64,000 bases of DNA from Owenia fusiformis (GCA_903813345.2 CAIIXF020000001.1:47554001-47618000); one strand, 5' to 3'. Counted from the stretch's first letter, positions 23,954 through 37,751 are shown. Numbers and translations: made by a program. Notes: generated by a model not told the origin, from the sequence alone.

Positions 23954-24127
23954 GTGAGAATCGGCATCACAGGCGTGAAAGAAGTGCAGCTATTAACTGT
24001 AGTCCTGGAGAAACAAGGTGCTGTAAACAAGAACTCTATATCAGCTTTGAGGAGGCTGGTTGGCACGATTGGATCATCAGTCCCAGGGGTTATTTTGTCA
24101 ACTATTGTACAGGATCCTGTGGAAGAG
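23954..24127 (+). CDS. Activin/inhibin-beta-like ligand, exon with furin site and N-terminal half of mature domain
   Basis: TAG acceptor; phase matches the previous exon; (R)ENRHHRRER|SAAINCSPGETRCCKQELYISFEEAGWHDWIISPRGYFVNYCTGSCGR; donor GTAAGG at 24128. This frame is not in the ORF track. Confidence 0.95.
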
Positions 24128-24786
24128 GTAAGGTCAAAATCCTTTCTTCAGATTGACGGCAAAATGTTATTAAAATGACGTTTTGTAAAAAACATATACA
24201 ATCTATAGATTAAAGGCCTCAATTAAGTACAATCCACTTTGGCTTATATCATATAGTCCAACCAAATGTTATCAAAATGTGCTATGTGAAAGAGATTAAC
24301 TCATTTGCACCGAAAGTTGTCCAGAGCATTTTAAAATTTTAGTTCTCATTAAATCCGATGGCACATAAATATCTAAAACATGATGAAAACTTATATTTTC
24401 AACCTAGATAGGCCATCGATAGGGCTTAGTTTGAAAATCCAGCGTATTTAGAAAATGTTTGTACGACTGAGAAAAAAATGACAAATTTTGAAAAATTCTT
24501 TTTTGCCACCTGAGTGACACCACAGCCCATCATCGTGACATCGTGAAGACTTCTTACCAAGGCTGAAAACCCAAATTCCTTTATTTTTGTTTTTGAATTT
24601 GGGGCGTCTTTGGTGTGTTTAGGGAATGGATAAATATAGAGATATAAAACAAAACTAACATTTCTGTTTTAAATCTGATTGTTCTTGGAAAAACAGCTTC
24701 CTTGTCCGTAACATATTCATTCAAGATTCTTATGTTGATAAGATAATAACACGCTAACGTTCGATTTGTTAAATTGTGTTTTACAG

Positions 24787-24986
24787 GAACACTATCGTTA
24801 AAGTACCAGTACCATAGTCATTTAATCAAAGACTTTGCTGAGGCTAAGAACAGGCCACCAAGCCTCAATATGTGCTGCAATCCCTCGAAGCTGAGTTCTA
24901 AATCTCTGACGTACACTGATCACGACAATACAGTCATTACTGCCCAGCTACCCAACTTTGCCGTTGACGCATGTGGTTGTTCCTAG
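24787..24986 (+). CDS. Activin/inhibin-beta-like ligand, terminal exon
   Basis: CAG acceptor; (G)TLSLKYQYHSHLIKDFAEAKNRPPSLNMCCNPSKLSSKSLTYTDHDNTVITAQLPNFAVDACGCS*; completes the 9-Cys pattern of the activin/TGF-beta/myostatin branch. Confidence 0.95.
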
Positions 24987-25517
24987 TAGTGAAGAAATCA
25001 AGGCTATCAGAACAGAACAGCGGCGCTGGTCGGTATTATAAAGGCATTTAGCGATATCGCCATTTCTATAACAGTATTGGGTATTTAGCTGCATTGTTCA
25101 TCTTAGTCTTCGTCTTTCCCTTATTGTTATTTCAGGAAATCTAAGCGAGCACGAAATCAATCATTTCTATTCACATTTTGAGTTATGCATATGGAGAGAA
25201 AAAAAAGAATGTCAAGGTTAGAACCAAATATAGAAACAACTATCATCGTATGTTCTCATTTGATAGTATAAGACATCGCTCGCAGTTTAACTGATGTAGT
25301 TGTATTTCTAATGAAAGCTGGATGGCATTTCGTTGCCCAAAATTTATGAGAGGGATGTATTTTGTCATGATTCACAATCAGATATTCATTTTTACTTTGT
25401 ATAACAGGAATAATTCGAACATTGCAGTTATTTGCCGTTTATAGTGTGTTTGATGTCGTATGTGAAGTGGAAGAAAACTGCCTAGAATTATCTAGTCCAT
25501 ACAGATCTGATATATAA

Positions 25518-25523
25518 AATAAA
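25518..25523 (+). promoter_or_regulatory. Candidate polyadenylation signal of the TGF-beta-family gene
   Basis: AATAAA about 530 nt after the stop codon; no transcript evidence. Confidence 0.3.
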
Positions 25524-26814
25524 GAGGGCAGCACTGTTCTGACAGGTTTCGCTAAACACATGTATTAAAGTGAATCAATCAAAGAACCTTTCATGATTCT
25601 CTTATGAAAAACTAGTATTCGTCCAACACTGTTGAACGACTGGTCTTTACGGCAAAGCACAGAAAATTGTGGTGAAACTGTTACGATAAATGTTGTTACC
25701 TTAAGATTTACAAAATTCAAAATGGCGGAAAGAGTACATTTTTACAATTTCACACTCATTTTGTTATTTAAAGTTATAATTCACAATTCTGTTAATTCTT
25801 CATAGCCCCTTTGGCTATTTCGGAATATTACCTTCATTTTAGCTGTCAAGTCCAGACACAGGAGTTATCAAGACCAAAAATGAATAATTATTGATATTAT
25901 CACACCGACCTTGTAATGAAGAACAGAATTTAAAAACAAACGCCTTTCCAATGGGCCTTTCCGCCATTTTTGGAAATTTTGTAAATATTACGAAGGCTGC
26001 ATAATACTATAATGGTCACCCCACAATCGACATAGTAACTGAAAATCAGGTCAATAGCGTTCTAATCTTTTATGAAAGGTTCTTTGCTACAACGTTGTTC
26101 ATATTCATGAACCCTTTTCAAACTGTGCCTAAGGATGACTTATGAACATTTCTAGAGGGAATTTATCACAGCCAGAAATGATGGGAAATTCATACGACTA
26201 TGAACAGCGTTGTTTTATCTGCCAAAGGGGAACAACCGGGCCTTGTTATCCGGGCAATGTTATGTACGTTGATCTCGCAGTGAAACACCAGATTGATATT
26301 GTTTGCAGTATCATGAACTATTTTATTGTCTCTGAAAGCTTGGAGGAAATAGTTTCATGAAAATAATAGTTTATGAAAATTAAAGGTTTTCTATGAGTTC
26401 AAACGTTTTTAAGACAATATTGAGTGTACTTGTCTTTTCTGATTGACTATTTATTTCATTCCAACAATATGTTAGTCATGAACGCAATATTTTGTTCGTC
26501 ATTGGCTTTTTCCAAAATGAGAAGATTAAATGCGATCTAAAATATGTAGAATGCCATATGAACATTTCAAAAAGACAAGACTTTACATTCACGATAATGT
26601 AAAACACTGTATTATATTTTGGAAACAAAGCATTTATTTATGCAATATCTCAATATGTATAACTGCATGCAACACTCAAAAAGAAAGTATTGTAGTTTTA
26701 TTTTTTATTGTTGATATACAGCCTAGCTGCTAAAATATACTTTAATAAGTAAATATAGCATTTTGGAGATCACATCATGTTTCTTTATTATTTATAATGA
26801 GTGTCACTTTGACG

Positions 26815-28790
26815 ACCTCTTGTGATGAGGCCATGTACTGACTACATTGTAATCTGACAGTTCCCATCTCATACTTACTTCAGTGTAAGTGAACAATCTT
26901 GATTTCGAACGCAAATACTGACTACAGTGAGACGATTTTCTTGTAATGAGGTCACATACTGACTACAGTGTATCTTGACATTTCTCTTGTATTTAGGTCA
27001 CATACTGACTCCAGTGTAACGTATGCACATACTCAATAAGTGTAAGCTGACAATTCTTGTGTTTTGAGGTCACATATTGATATTGACCGAGTGACGTAAT
27101 CTAACAATCCTTGTGTATTTCAGTCACATATTGACTATAGTGCAGGTTCTCTTGTATTGAGGTCACACACAGACTGCATTGTAATTTGACAGTCCACTTG
27201 AATTAAAGTTACAGACTACAGTGTAGTGTGAGTTTTTGTATTTTGTAATCTGACATACTGACTACACTGTAACAAGACAGTTTGTATTGAGGTCACATAC
27301 GGTCTACGGTGTAAGTTTTTTGTGCCGAGGTCATATACTGACTTCAGACTGTACAATGTAATTTGACAGTTCTATTGTATTGAGGTCACATACTGACTAC
27401 AATGTAATTTGACAGTGCACTTGTATTGAGGTCACATACTGATTACAATGTAATTTGACAGTGCACTTGTATTGAGGTCACATACTGATTACAATGTAAT
27501 TTGACAGTGCACTTGTATTGAGGTCACATACTGATTACAATGTAATTTGACAGTTGAGGTCACATACTGACTACAGTGTAAGTTGACAGTTCTCTTGTAT
27601 TAAGGTCACATACTGACTACAATGTAATTTGACAGTTGAGGTCACATACTGACTACATTGTAATTTGACAGTTCTCTTGTATTAAGGTCACATACTGACT
27701 ACAATGTAATTTGACAGTTGAGGTCACATACTGACTACATTGTAATTTGACAGTTCTCTTGTATTGAGGTCACATACTGACTACATTGTAATTTGACAGT
27801 GCTCTTGTAATGGGGTCACATACTGACTACATTGTATTTTGACAGTTCTCTTGTATTAAGGTCACATACTGACTACAATGTAATTTAACAGTTCTCTTAT
27901 ATTGAGGTCACATACTGACTACAATGTAATTTGACAGTTCTCTTGTATTAAGGTCACATACTGACTACAGTGTAAGTTGACAGTTCTCTTGTATTGAGGT
28001 CACATACTAACTACAGTGTAATTTGACAGTTCTCTTATATTGAGGTCACATACTGACTATAATGTAATTTGACAGTTCTCTTATATTGAGGTCACATACT
28101 AACTACAGTGTAAGTTGACAGTTCTCTTGTATTGAGGTCACATACTGACTACATTGTAATTTGACAGTGCTCTTGTATTGGGGTCACATACTGACTACAT
28201 TGTATTTTGACAGTTCTCTTGTATTAAGGTCACATACCGACTACAATGTAATTTGACAGTTCTCTTATATTGAGGTCACATACTGACTACATTGTAATTT
28301 GACAGTGCTCTTGTATTGGGGTCACATACTGACTACATTGTATTTTGACAGTTCTCTTGTATTAAGGTCACATACCAACTACAATGTAATTTGACAGTTC
28401 TCTTATATTGAGGTCACATACTGACTACATTGTAATTTGACAGTGCTCTTGTATTGGGGTCACATACTGACTACATTGTATTTTGACAGTTCTCTTGTAT
28501 TAAGGTCACATACTGACTACATTGTAATTTGACAGTGCACTTGTATTGAGGTCACATACTGACTACAATGTAATTTGACAGTTCTCTTGTACTGAGGTCA
28601 CATACTGACTACTGTGTAAGTTGACAGTTTATTTGTGCTGAGGTCACATACTGACTAAGTTAAATGTAAGCTGGAAGTTCTTTTCTATTTAGGCAACACA
28701 TTGACTACAGTGTAGGCTGAGAGTTCTCTTGTATTGAGGTAACATAGAATACTGACAACAGCATTAGTGAAAAGTTCTCTTGTATTGAGG
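26815..28790 (+). repeat. 46-bp tandem array (intergenic) with 36-bp deletion variants
   Basis: Unit GAGGTCACATACTGACTACAATGTAATTTGACAGTTCTCTTGTATT; period 46 (27381 to 27427); homogeneous core, degenerate edges. Confidence 0.95.
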
Positions 28791-31700
28791 CTGGCTAAAA
28801 ATTGTCTTAATTGCAATGCGATTTGCACTTCCTTCAGATTGTTGGCATGAATATAAACTGATTAGAATTAAGTTACACAAATATCCAAGCACAAATGCCA
28901 AAGGGAAAGGACAAAAAAATGTAAAGAAACCTAGCAAGAAAAGCAAACTCTAAGTAAACCTGTCATAAGAAAATTAGACCCGATATATCCCAAAACCATG
29001 AACGTGAAAAGAAATAATGCCTAGCACCCCCCTTCCCTCTCCAATCGACAACCAACATCACAATCCAGGACCAGAACACCAAGGGACATTTCATTCATAC
29101 TGAAGCCATTACAATACATGTTGAAGAAAAATTGAAAAATTGATGGCAATTACTCATAACATCAAAAACAGTTGTAGATGGCCTGACCTAAACTTTTATT
29201 TGTACAAAATTTGCAAAACCATCCATATTAATTTCAAAATTGCATTCAGTCTTTGCTTGCTGTCCAGGGTGACATGAATGTAGGGCAGGCCCTGGACAAA
29301 ATGCTATCAAAACAGGTGCCCAGACTTCTAAATTGTTCAAAAGGAGACATTCAACCCCAGTATTTAAATCCTCATAAATAAATAAAGAACTCAAGTGTAT
29401 ACTTAAAACCTGCCATTTGGATATACACGTGTACAACATACATCAATTCATAATATTTCTGGTCAATGGAGGCATTCATAAAAACACTTTTGAGATAAAT
29501 AATAATTAAGATTTCAAAATACTGTTTCTTTGATATATATTTTTTTCAGTATACAATTATGTATTATAGCTCTTCATGTAGATATACATACATGTCTAGT
29601 TACAGGACAAAATTATATCTTAAGTAGATTTAAAGCACCAGGATACACATAATAAACAATGACTTGTGTTTCAATTCTCAGATTAGAAAAACAATTTTCG
29701 AACAAATATCTGTGTGAGAATGTAAACTCAGCAATCAGTTTTGTTACATAAAAGGGAAATTCAATCAGAAAATTAGTTAAGCCACAATCAAAATATTTTT
29801 CTGATAATCTACCTACAGTTCGGTACACATCCACAATAGTTTGAGGAATCTTCTGAGGACATGTTTTACATTATCACTGGTCCACAGCAAGCACGCAGAA
29901 GTTAGTATCATCCAAGATGGTGGCCAAAATTTGTTTGATTTCAAGTAAACCTGGATTCCAAGTATTTTGTCATGCAAACTGATACAGCTTGTAAACTAAC
30001 CCTGTTCATAGAAATGCTCAAACATCTCCTAAATTAAGAGAATTCATAAGAAAACATCTTTGCTTGGGATGACACTGAAATGGATGTTGATCATCCCCCT
30101 CGTTTGAGTTAATGTAGTTCCATCACTGCCAAAAAATGTAATTTGAGATTGTATATTTCAGAGATGTTTGACTATTTCTTCGTAATTCTTTTACAACCAG
30201 AACTTTATTTGTTTGCTTCGCGGGATATTTGCAATCTACAATCTAAATTCCATAGCTAAAATCAAATGTTTTACAAGCATATTGGATGACATCATCACCA
30301 CCATCATCATCACCACCATCATCCTGCTGTGGACCAATAACTGTGAACTGATGTGTCAAGTCACGTCATTTGAGAGCGGTGTGCTAGAATGATACAGCAT
30401 TGATGGAATCATCAAATGCATAAAAGCTATGCTTTCATCTTGTTTTACAAAAATGTTAAATAAACATTAAGAATGAGTAATAATGTCCAACCTCATTTTT
30501 GAGAGAGATAGATACAATAAATGGTGCATTGTTCTCAGTAATGAGTTTGCAATTGTAACGATTGTTCATTTAATACTATCAGCTGGCACCGAACTGATTG
30601 TTCCAAAATGTAGAAAAAACAGTAATGGACGTTAACACACTGATCAAATGCAATATACTAATGACATATTTACATAATTCATATGTCAAGCATATGGCAA
30701 CTCTAAGAAAGTGGATGGCATGGAATAAATACAAAACAATTCCACGATGCTTAAACCAGAAACATTACTTCTGGTTATAGAAAAGGTACAGTATTTTGTT
30801 TCAAGATGTATCTGAATAACAACTTTCAAAATATACAGGAAATGTATGATAAAGAAGTTTAAAGATCTGAATCTCTAGATCTAGACCATACTGATCAGAA
30901 ATTAATACTAAATTGCATAATGTTTCAACTGTTCATATACCATTAACATAGAATTCCCACTTTATTTTACATAAAATGAAAAAAGTGTATTGCACCATTA
31001 GTCTAATTGTTCTTTTATCACTATATCCAGATCTGAGTTAAAAATTTCTTCGAACATTCTCTCAATTCTTAATTCTTAGTATACCACTTAATCAAAAAAC
31101 ATGACTTGTTTGTTTAAACATTAGTTACCCCCAATAAAAGTAAAACAAATTGATTTGACAGCACTTGGTTATAGAGGAAACATAATATCATTGCCACATA
31201 TTTAACCTTCAAATGAAATGTTCAAGTCAATGCCCTTGAAAGTGATGCACATATCAGATTATGCACTAGGCATTAAACCAAAGCACTAAACTCAGTCATA
31301 CATCATTCTTATGTCAGATTCAGAGCAAACCTTGTAAATCACCATCAATGCAGAACTACCTGTTTATGGCAAATAAACATAAACATAAGGCCATAAAACA
31401 GGTTACAATTTTGAATTCAAATTCATATTTAAAGTGGGATCAAAAATGCCAGAGGCAATCTTTTCAATAGATAAGCCAATGATCCAAAAATATATCTTTG
31501 TCATTAATTATGATCTTGGGCTGAGGATAGAAATCTTATTGCTATAAACTTCTTTAACTTGCCTATAAAATAATAATGAGTTAAAATACATGAGATACAT
31601 GAGATAAGATACACAAAAATGAATGTTTTCCAAAACAAAGAGATTCTTCTACAATCACATTATTTTTATAATAACGCATGGTGTATGCACATATATATAC

Positions 31701-33500
31701 CACCTATATTTGGATTTTGGATATGTATGAGCCTGGATGAACCTAAACAAGGCTATGTACATGAGTATACATATGATAAGGTTAACATTATTAAATAATA
31801 TAATAAAAATGTGAACTTTCATCTAACTTTTTTTCAAATCATTATTTTAACAATTTAAAAACTTTAACTAATTACAATCAAACATAATCATTAACATGAT
31901 TATGACTTTATGATTATGACAAATGAACATAATCATCTCAGATATCACATCAACTAAGAACCCCATCAGCAGGGTGTATAGCAGAAATAATTTGTTGTTG
32001 AAAAAAGACCTGGTAACCAGGCTTTTTCTTTTACTCAAATCCTTTGACCACGACAGAAGTTTTTACATTTAGATAATCACCCTGTGGGCTCTGCATAACA
32101 CTATTAAATAAACAGATAATGCTTTTGTAAGGGCCTAACTATTGGAGACTTTGATTATATGAATTTTGCACCTGGTCAAATATTGGCACCTTGGTTCTTA
32201 CATACATAGTTCGAAGTACAATCATAATAGCTGATTAATATACTTTCTATACAAAGCCAGGTATATTTAGAATAGACATTTCACAATGTGTCCTGATATG
32301 CTGCTGTTTAGGTGTTGTCTCATATGTTTCGCGTCAATTTTTACAGATTTTGATGTTGAACAATTTAATTACTGTGAAGAACCTCTTTTTTAAAATCACA
32401 ATTCAAAAAATCTGTTTGGTGAAAACAATTTTTTCTTTTAGATATTGCACTTCCAAAAATATGTTCCTCAACAAAAACGGATATAATTCAGTGCAAAATG
32501 TTTGAGATAATCCCAAATGAGAGGATGGTGACTAGGACATCTGTAAAGTGTTGACCTTGGACCTATAGATACATAGCCACACAGGTGATGTGTACAGGTG
32601 TAGACACCTGATCTACTGCACCAAAAGTCCCTGGACTCCCAGGAATAAAATGACTCCCTGGCCATCTTTCAGAGTGACAAAGGGAAAATAAAGACAAATG
32701 TAACATATAGCATACATAGGCATGTAGCTTGATTCTAAATTGCACAGAACTGCCAAAAATTCAGACGGTCTATTTTGATAAGACATACGTTGTGTGGAAA
32801 ATACATAGTAACATTTATCCTAAACTTTCAGCAGTCAATCTAGGCACTTTGACAGATTACTAAACTAAATATATGGCATAAGCATTTGGCACGGTTCTCA
32901 TACTAAAATATGTCTAATACATTATTAATTGCTCGCACTTCAAAAATGCAACTTTAAAGTACAAAAATAAATGTGATGCTACATCATATACAACTATTTA
33001 CATTGATAGCATATACTACTCTTTTGGAATCAGATCAAAATGTCATAGTCACCAACATGCAGATGCTCTAAAACCATTAGCACCTAATCTCAGAGAATCT
33101 AAAAATACACACATTATTTTGAAAGAATTTCCAGTAGTTGAATAAAGGAGGCTTAACATCAAGTTCAGGTTGACATTTGGTAAACATTGATATTCTGATC
33201 TCATCCAACTCTTAAACTTGGCTGAAAATAACAGTTAATAAAATATGAACATACGTTCCTCTAAAATAAACAGAGACGTTGCTAAAAGTGTTCAAATAAT
33301 ATACAGAGGTATTTCCTCATAAAGGTTTTACTGTAGATAGCAATATTGCACATATCATGAACTATCTAAAGCACTCTGCCTGACATCTATACAACAAAAG
33401 TAATGTTATGAATGTGTTGGAACATTCTGAGCCAAAATAATGAATCAAGTTTATAACAGTATTTCACTCTACCTTACCCCCATACAGTAACCTGTATTTC

Positions 33501-33755
33501 TTTAAAAGGGATACAGGGTACAGGGTGTCCCATAAAAAGTTTAATCTCAGTACAGTGAAGTTGCAAATGGAGGACATATGTTTATTTCCATATTTCCGAA
33601 GGTATACTAGATTTTACATATATTCCAAGTGTTCTTATACATTGTATAGATTCAACAATCAGTTTGCGGTGTTTTATTACCAGAAAGCCCTATAGACAAA
33701 AAAAGAGAATACCTGCTCCATTTGCAACTTCACTGTAGCCTGTATCCCTTTTAAA
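33501..33755. mobile_element. MITE with TTTAAAAGGG termini, left TIR interrupted by a 30-bp insertion
   Basis: TTTAAAAGGGATACAGGGTA[insert]CAGTGAAGTTGCAAATGGAG vs CTCCATTTGCAACTTCACTGTAGCCTGTATCCCTTTTAAA. Confidence 0.65.
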
Positions 33756-35573
33756 TTTGGTCAAGTGGTAGGGAAGAGTGTATTAACTGATTAGCTAATG
33801 AATCTTTCATCATGTAGATGTACATGCTACTTTAATAAGCCAGACAGGCATGCACAGCCTGTCAACATTACACAATGTAAACAATTCAAAGAAAATTACA
33901 GGGTGTCCCATAAAAAGTTTAATCTCAGTAATGTTACTTGAACTTTAAGGATACCTTGTACTGTTGAATATATTTTCATATCTTTACCCTTTGATGATAA
34001 TACTTTAAATCATTGATATTATCGAATGTAAAGCTGAGACAAAAATTCTCTTGAAGTGTTTTCAAATAAGCATTGAGATTCTTCATCTTCCTACACACTA
34101 TTATGCCCAGCTTAGACAATATTCACATGATATCACACATTCAAATTGTGGTTGATATTGCATTATTACAATTATCGATTGCATCTTAATTTGGTTTTAC
34201 AACAATGAAATGATTAGCTTTTTATTTGGCTTGGAAAAACAATAGCACCTTTTATAATCATTTTTAATGATGTTCAATGGAGGTTTGGAATTTTTTGTCA
34301 CAGTATCAAACTTTTTCTCAATTATGGTTTTCTAAGATCCCAGTGGGCAACAATCAATATAAAATCCCTAAAATTATATGTTGATGAAGTGTTTTTTCTT
34401 AGCCAGAGGCCCCTTGTGTCATTTTGACAAAAGCGGGCATGGTATTGTATTGAAAAAATGAGATTTTCACCCGAAAGAGAAACTTTGGAGTATTTAAGTT
34501 TTTCTGTAACTCATTTTCACACCTTTAAGGTATATCCTTCAAACATTAAAAAAAAATTAGAGGTCAGTTGCGATCATTTTCAAATTCTTCCAACGGACAT
34601 CATTAAGCTGTCACTTCATATTGGGATGTAATACAATTTTGCCTTATTAGGTATCATAAAATCGGCAAGTTAGAGTATAAATACTAGTACATCAGTTCTA
34701 TAATAAATATCAGAAAATGTGTGAACCCTATAAGTTCATATTGCCATAAATAGCTTATTTCGTTGTATCAATTGTCACTATTTCAATCCTTTAAAGTCCC
34801 CGATAAATCGGGCTACGTATACCGCCGTGTTTACATTAGGGGATTAGAAGAGTTTATTTTTTATTTAGGTATGCAAGCTACGTATATCAATATTAGGCCT
34901 TCATTCATGTACTCGTGTGCATGTAATCAGCATGCCCTTCAATATTATGTAAACCAGGCTATTCACGTATAATGTACACTATTTATGTGTGTACTACATA
35001 CAATACAATTCCCTGGGAAACAAAACACAAATACGTTTTATATGTTCAAAATGAGCCATTTGATTGATGCAAACACTAAATAGCTTCATAAATAACATCT
35101 ACAAAGTATATCTAATAGTAATTTTCAATTTCAATGTTGAAACTTCCCTGGTTAAGATTATATGGGAAATCATCACGAGACGAAGATCGTTCGCCTTCCT
35201 GGCTTACCTCTGAATCGTGTACCGGGCAATCTCTTTATATAGTTTAGCGAGAGCGGTGCGCCTGCGCAGTTTTAAACTTTGGCGCACACTTTAAATTTAA
35301 TAAATCTCAACCACTGCCATTACAAAAAGGTATTACAAAATCTTACCTTAAATCTCATATATATGAAAACATTCACATAATAAACACAGATGACAGAGAT
35401 CATACATAACACAGATTTTTGATATGTAATGGAGTGCTCATCTACAAATTGCAATGTTAAAGATTGTCTGAGTTATAATACAGGTTGCACGTGCCAACTG
35501 AGTGAGACTGAATTTTTACCCAAACGTATGCTGCAGATACAATCATGTACACATTCACTTGTACATGAGAGTT

Positions 35574-35705
35574 CTAGCCAACATTCATGTACAAGCTGTT
35601 GTTATCAGTCTCTGTGTTGGCATAAATCACTTCATCTGTATTGGCTTCTTCTTCTGTTTTCTCCATGTACCTCAAGGCAACTTGGTAGCAGTATTGGTAT
35701 TGGGA
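35574..35705 (-). CDS. Receptor-type PTP, last coding exon
   Basis: SQYQYCYQVALRYMEKTEEEANTDEVIYANTETDNNSLYMNVG*; CAG acceptor, phase 0. Confidence 0.9.
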   Translation of the reverse strand, partial: SQYQYCYQVALRYMEKTEEEANTDEVIYANTETDNNSLYMNVG

Positions 35706-35924
35706 CTGAAAGTTACAAATAAGAATGATTATATTTCTAAATGTCCTTCAGAATTCAGTCATTGACTGTTTGTAAACATGTTTCATTTTAGTTTTTTAAC
35801 AAGAGAACAAACACTGATAAATAGCACACTCTGGAGAGCAAAATGACAGCCATGTTTTTTACCCAGCATGCCATAAACCTAAATCACATGTTGTCACTAG
35901 TCTGCCCTTGCATACACAGGAAAA

Positions 35925-36450
35925 AGTATGTAAAAAGTTCAAGTTGAATGGATAAGAGATTTTACTGGAAGTTTGCATGTTGATGACAAGATTTAATGGC
36001 GCCTGGCCACCTGTCTTTAAAGATACATGCCCATCAGCACAAAACTATGCCAATATAGCTCTTTTCAAAGTGTGATAAAAACTATAAATTTCAAATGTTT
36101 ACACCTTGTAAAATATATCTAGTCTATAACTCATTGGAAAATGACCATAAAGATTGTCTGATGTTTATTACAAAAAGTGAAAATACTGAAACAGTATGTC
36201 AAAAGTTCAAGTTGAATGGATAAGAGATTTTGCTGGAAGTTTGCATGTTGATGACAAGATTTAATCGCGCCTGGCCACCTGTCTTTAAAGATACATGCCC
36301 ATCAGCACAAAACTATGCCAATATAGCACTTTTCAAAGTGTGATTAAAAACTACACATTTCAAATGTTTACACCTTGTAAAATATATCTAGTCTATTATT
36401 CACTGGAAAATGACCATAAAGATTGACTGATATTTATTACAAATACTGAA
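35925..36450 (+). repeat. ~268-bp tandem duplication in the last RPTP intron
   Basis: AAAAGTTCAAGTTGAATGGATAAGAG...GACCATAAAGATTG occurs twice at high identity. Confidence 0.9.
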
Positions 36451-36475
36451 AGCTACAGTTCAAACTAAAACTCAC

Positions 36476-36611
36476 CAGAGAATTGACTAGTTCAGGTCTG
36501 TTTATCCTGACATGCTTCACTGCCTGGAATATATCCACTTCCTTTTCAGAGGCCTGCTTCTCTTTGCTGTAGCTAAGGGCGCAATACAGACCACTGCGAC
36601 TGGCACCATTC
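36476..36611 (-). CDS. RPTP D2 exon (signature motif)
   Basis: (M)NGASRSGLYCALSYSKEKQASEKEVDIFQAVKHVRINRPELVNSL. Confidence 0.92.
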
Positions 36612-37008
36612 CTGCGTGGAAAGATTTATCAATATGATATGAACTTTTTTCTTTGAAAGTTTTTTATACAGTAGGCATTCTCTCTAATCATATGTACATA
36701 TGCCGTGAATTCTCTTTAGACTTGCACACAGCATATAACTTGAAAGCTACCTATATGGAAATTTGACATGTCTGTTTCTTAATAAATATTTTATAGTATA
36801 TCATTAGAAGTGTTTAAATTGAGAAACTGATTAGAAAGCTATGAAAGTTATTTATTCAAAAAAGTTTATTGAATTGAGGATTATCAACATACAAAATCTT
36901 TAAAACGTTTTTTTGACAACAAATCAATCAATTTAATTGGAAGATAATAGCAATTAGTGATTAGTGCATATAGAAAATATTAGAAAAGCCTGATTGGTCA
37001 ATACATAC

Positions 37009-37166
37009 ATGCAATGGATTGTGATTGGTCCTGGTTTCTCTACAGGTTGCCACTTATTGACGGCTTCTATCAATGTCAGCATGGCATCTTCACTCTGTGG
37101 GAGGTCAGAGTCTTTAGGCCAGCGTGTCAGCTGGAACTGGCATATCGTCTTTGTCTCAGCCTTACC
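37009..37166 (-). CDS. RPTP D2 exon
   Basis: GKAETKTICQFQLTRWPKDSDLPQSEDAMLTLIEAVNKWQPVEKPGPITIHC. Confidence 0.92.
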
Positions 37167-37604
37167 CTAAATGGAATTTTTTTCTTTAGTATATGGTTTT
37201 TATTTGCATGATGAATTCAAGTGAATGAAATACAATTCATTGTGAAGGGCCTAGGCTAAAATCATAACAAACATTTGGTCAAAAAAATATTTCTTGATAT
37301 GAGAGAATTTCTTTTTTACTAACCTCAATAGACTGTTAATTCAAAATATTGATAACTATTTTAACAGATAAGATGACATCATTGAGTTGGATAACAGGTG
37401 GAAACCAATAAATCCAAAATGATTCTTTTTGAGCCTTCATAATTTATATTCTAAAACCCCCTTTTCTAACATTTATTGCTCTAATGTAAATCGTCATTTC
37501 AGTAATTAATACTCATACATGTATTAACATTTAGCTTTCTCAAAATGTGGAAATAAGTTATGTGCACGATATATAAAGCTACTACATCTAAATGTATTAC
37601 TCAC

Positions 37605-37751
37605 TCTGAAACTACACGACTGACATGAACATGTGATATTAAACTGACGTATGATGACATCATTGAGACTGTTGTCCAGGTCTGTGAGTTCTATAGTGAA
37701 GGGACCATACTTCTGTTCACCTGGACTTTCTGGCCAGTATGCCACACATGT
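37605..37751 (-). CDS. RPTP D2 exon
   Basis: TCVAYWPESPGEQKYGPFTIELTDLDNSLNDVIIRQFNITCSCQSCSFR. Confidence 0.9.

Noticed and set aside
23954..24178. 74-aa ORF as given in the track
   Set aside because: Wrong frame; the true exon is read in the frame encoding the TGF-beta domain.
26815..28790. CRISPR array (also considered for the 32-bp and 135-bp arrays)
   Set aside because: Head-to-tail repeats with no unique spacers, no cas genes, eukaryotic context.
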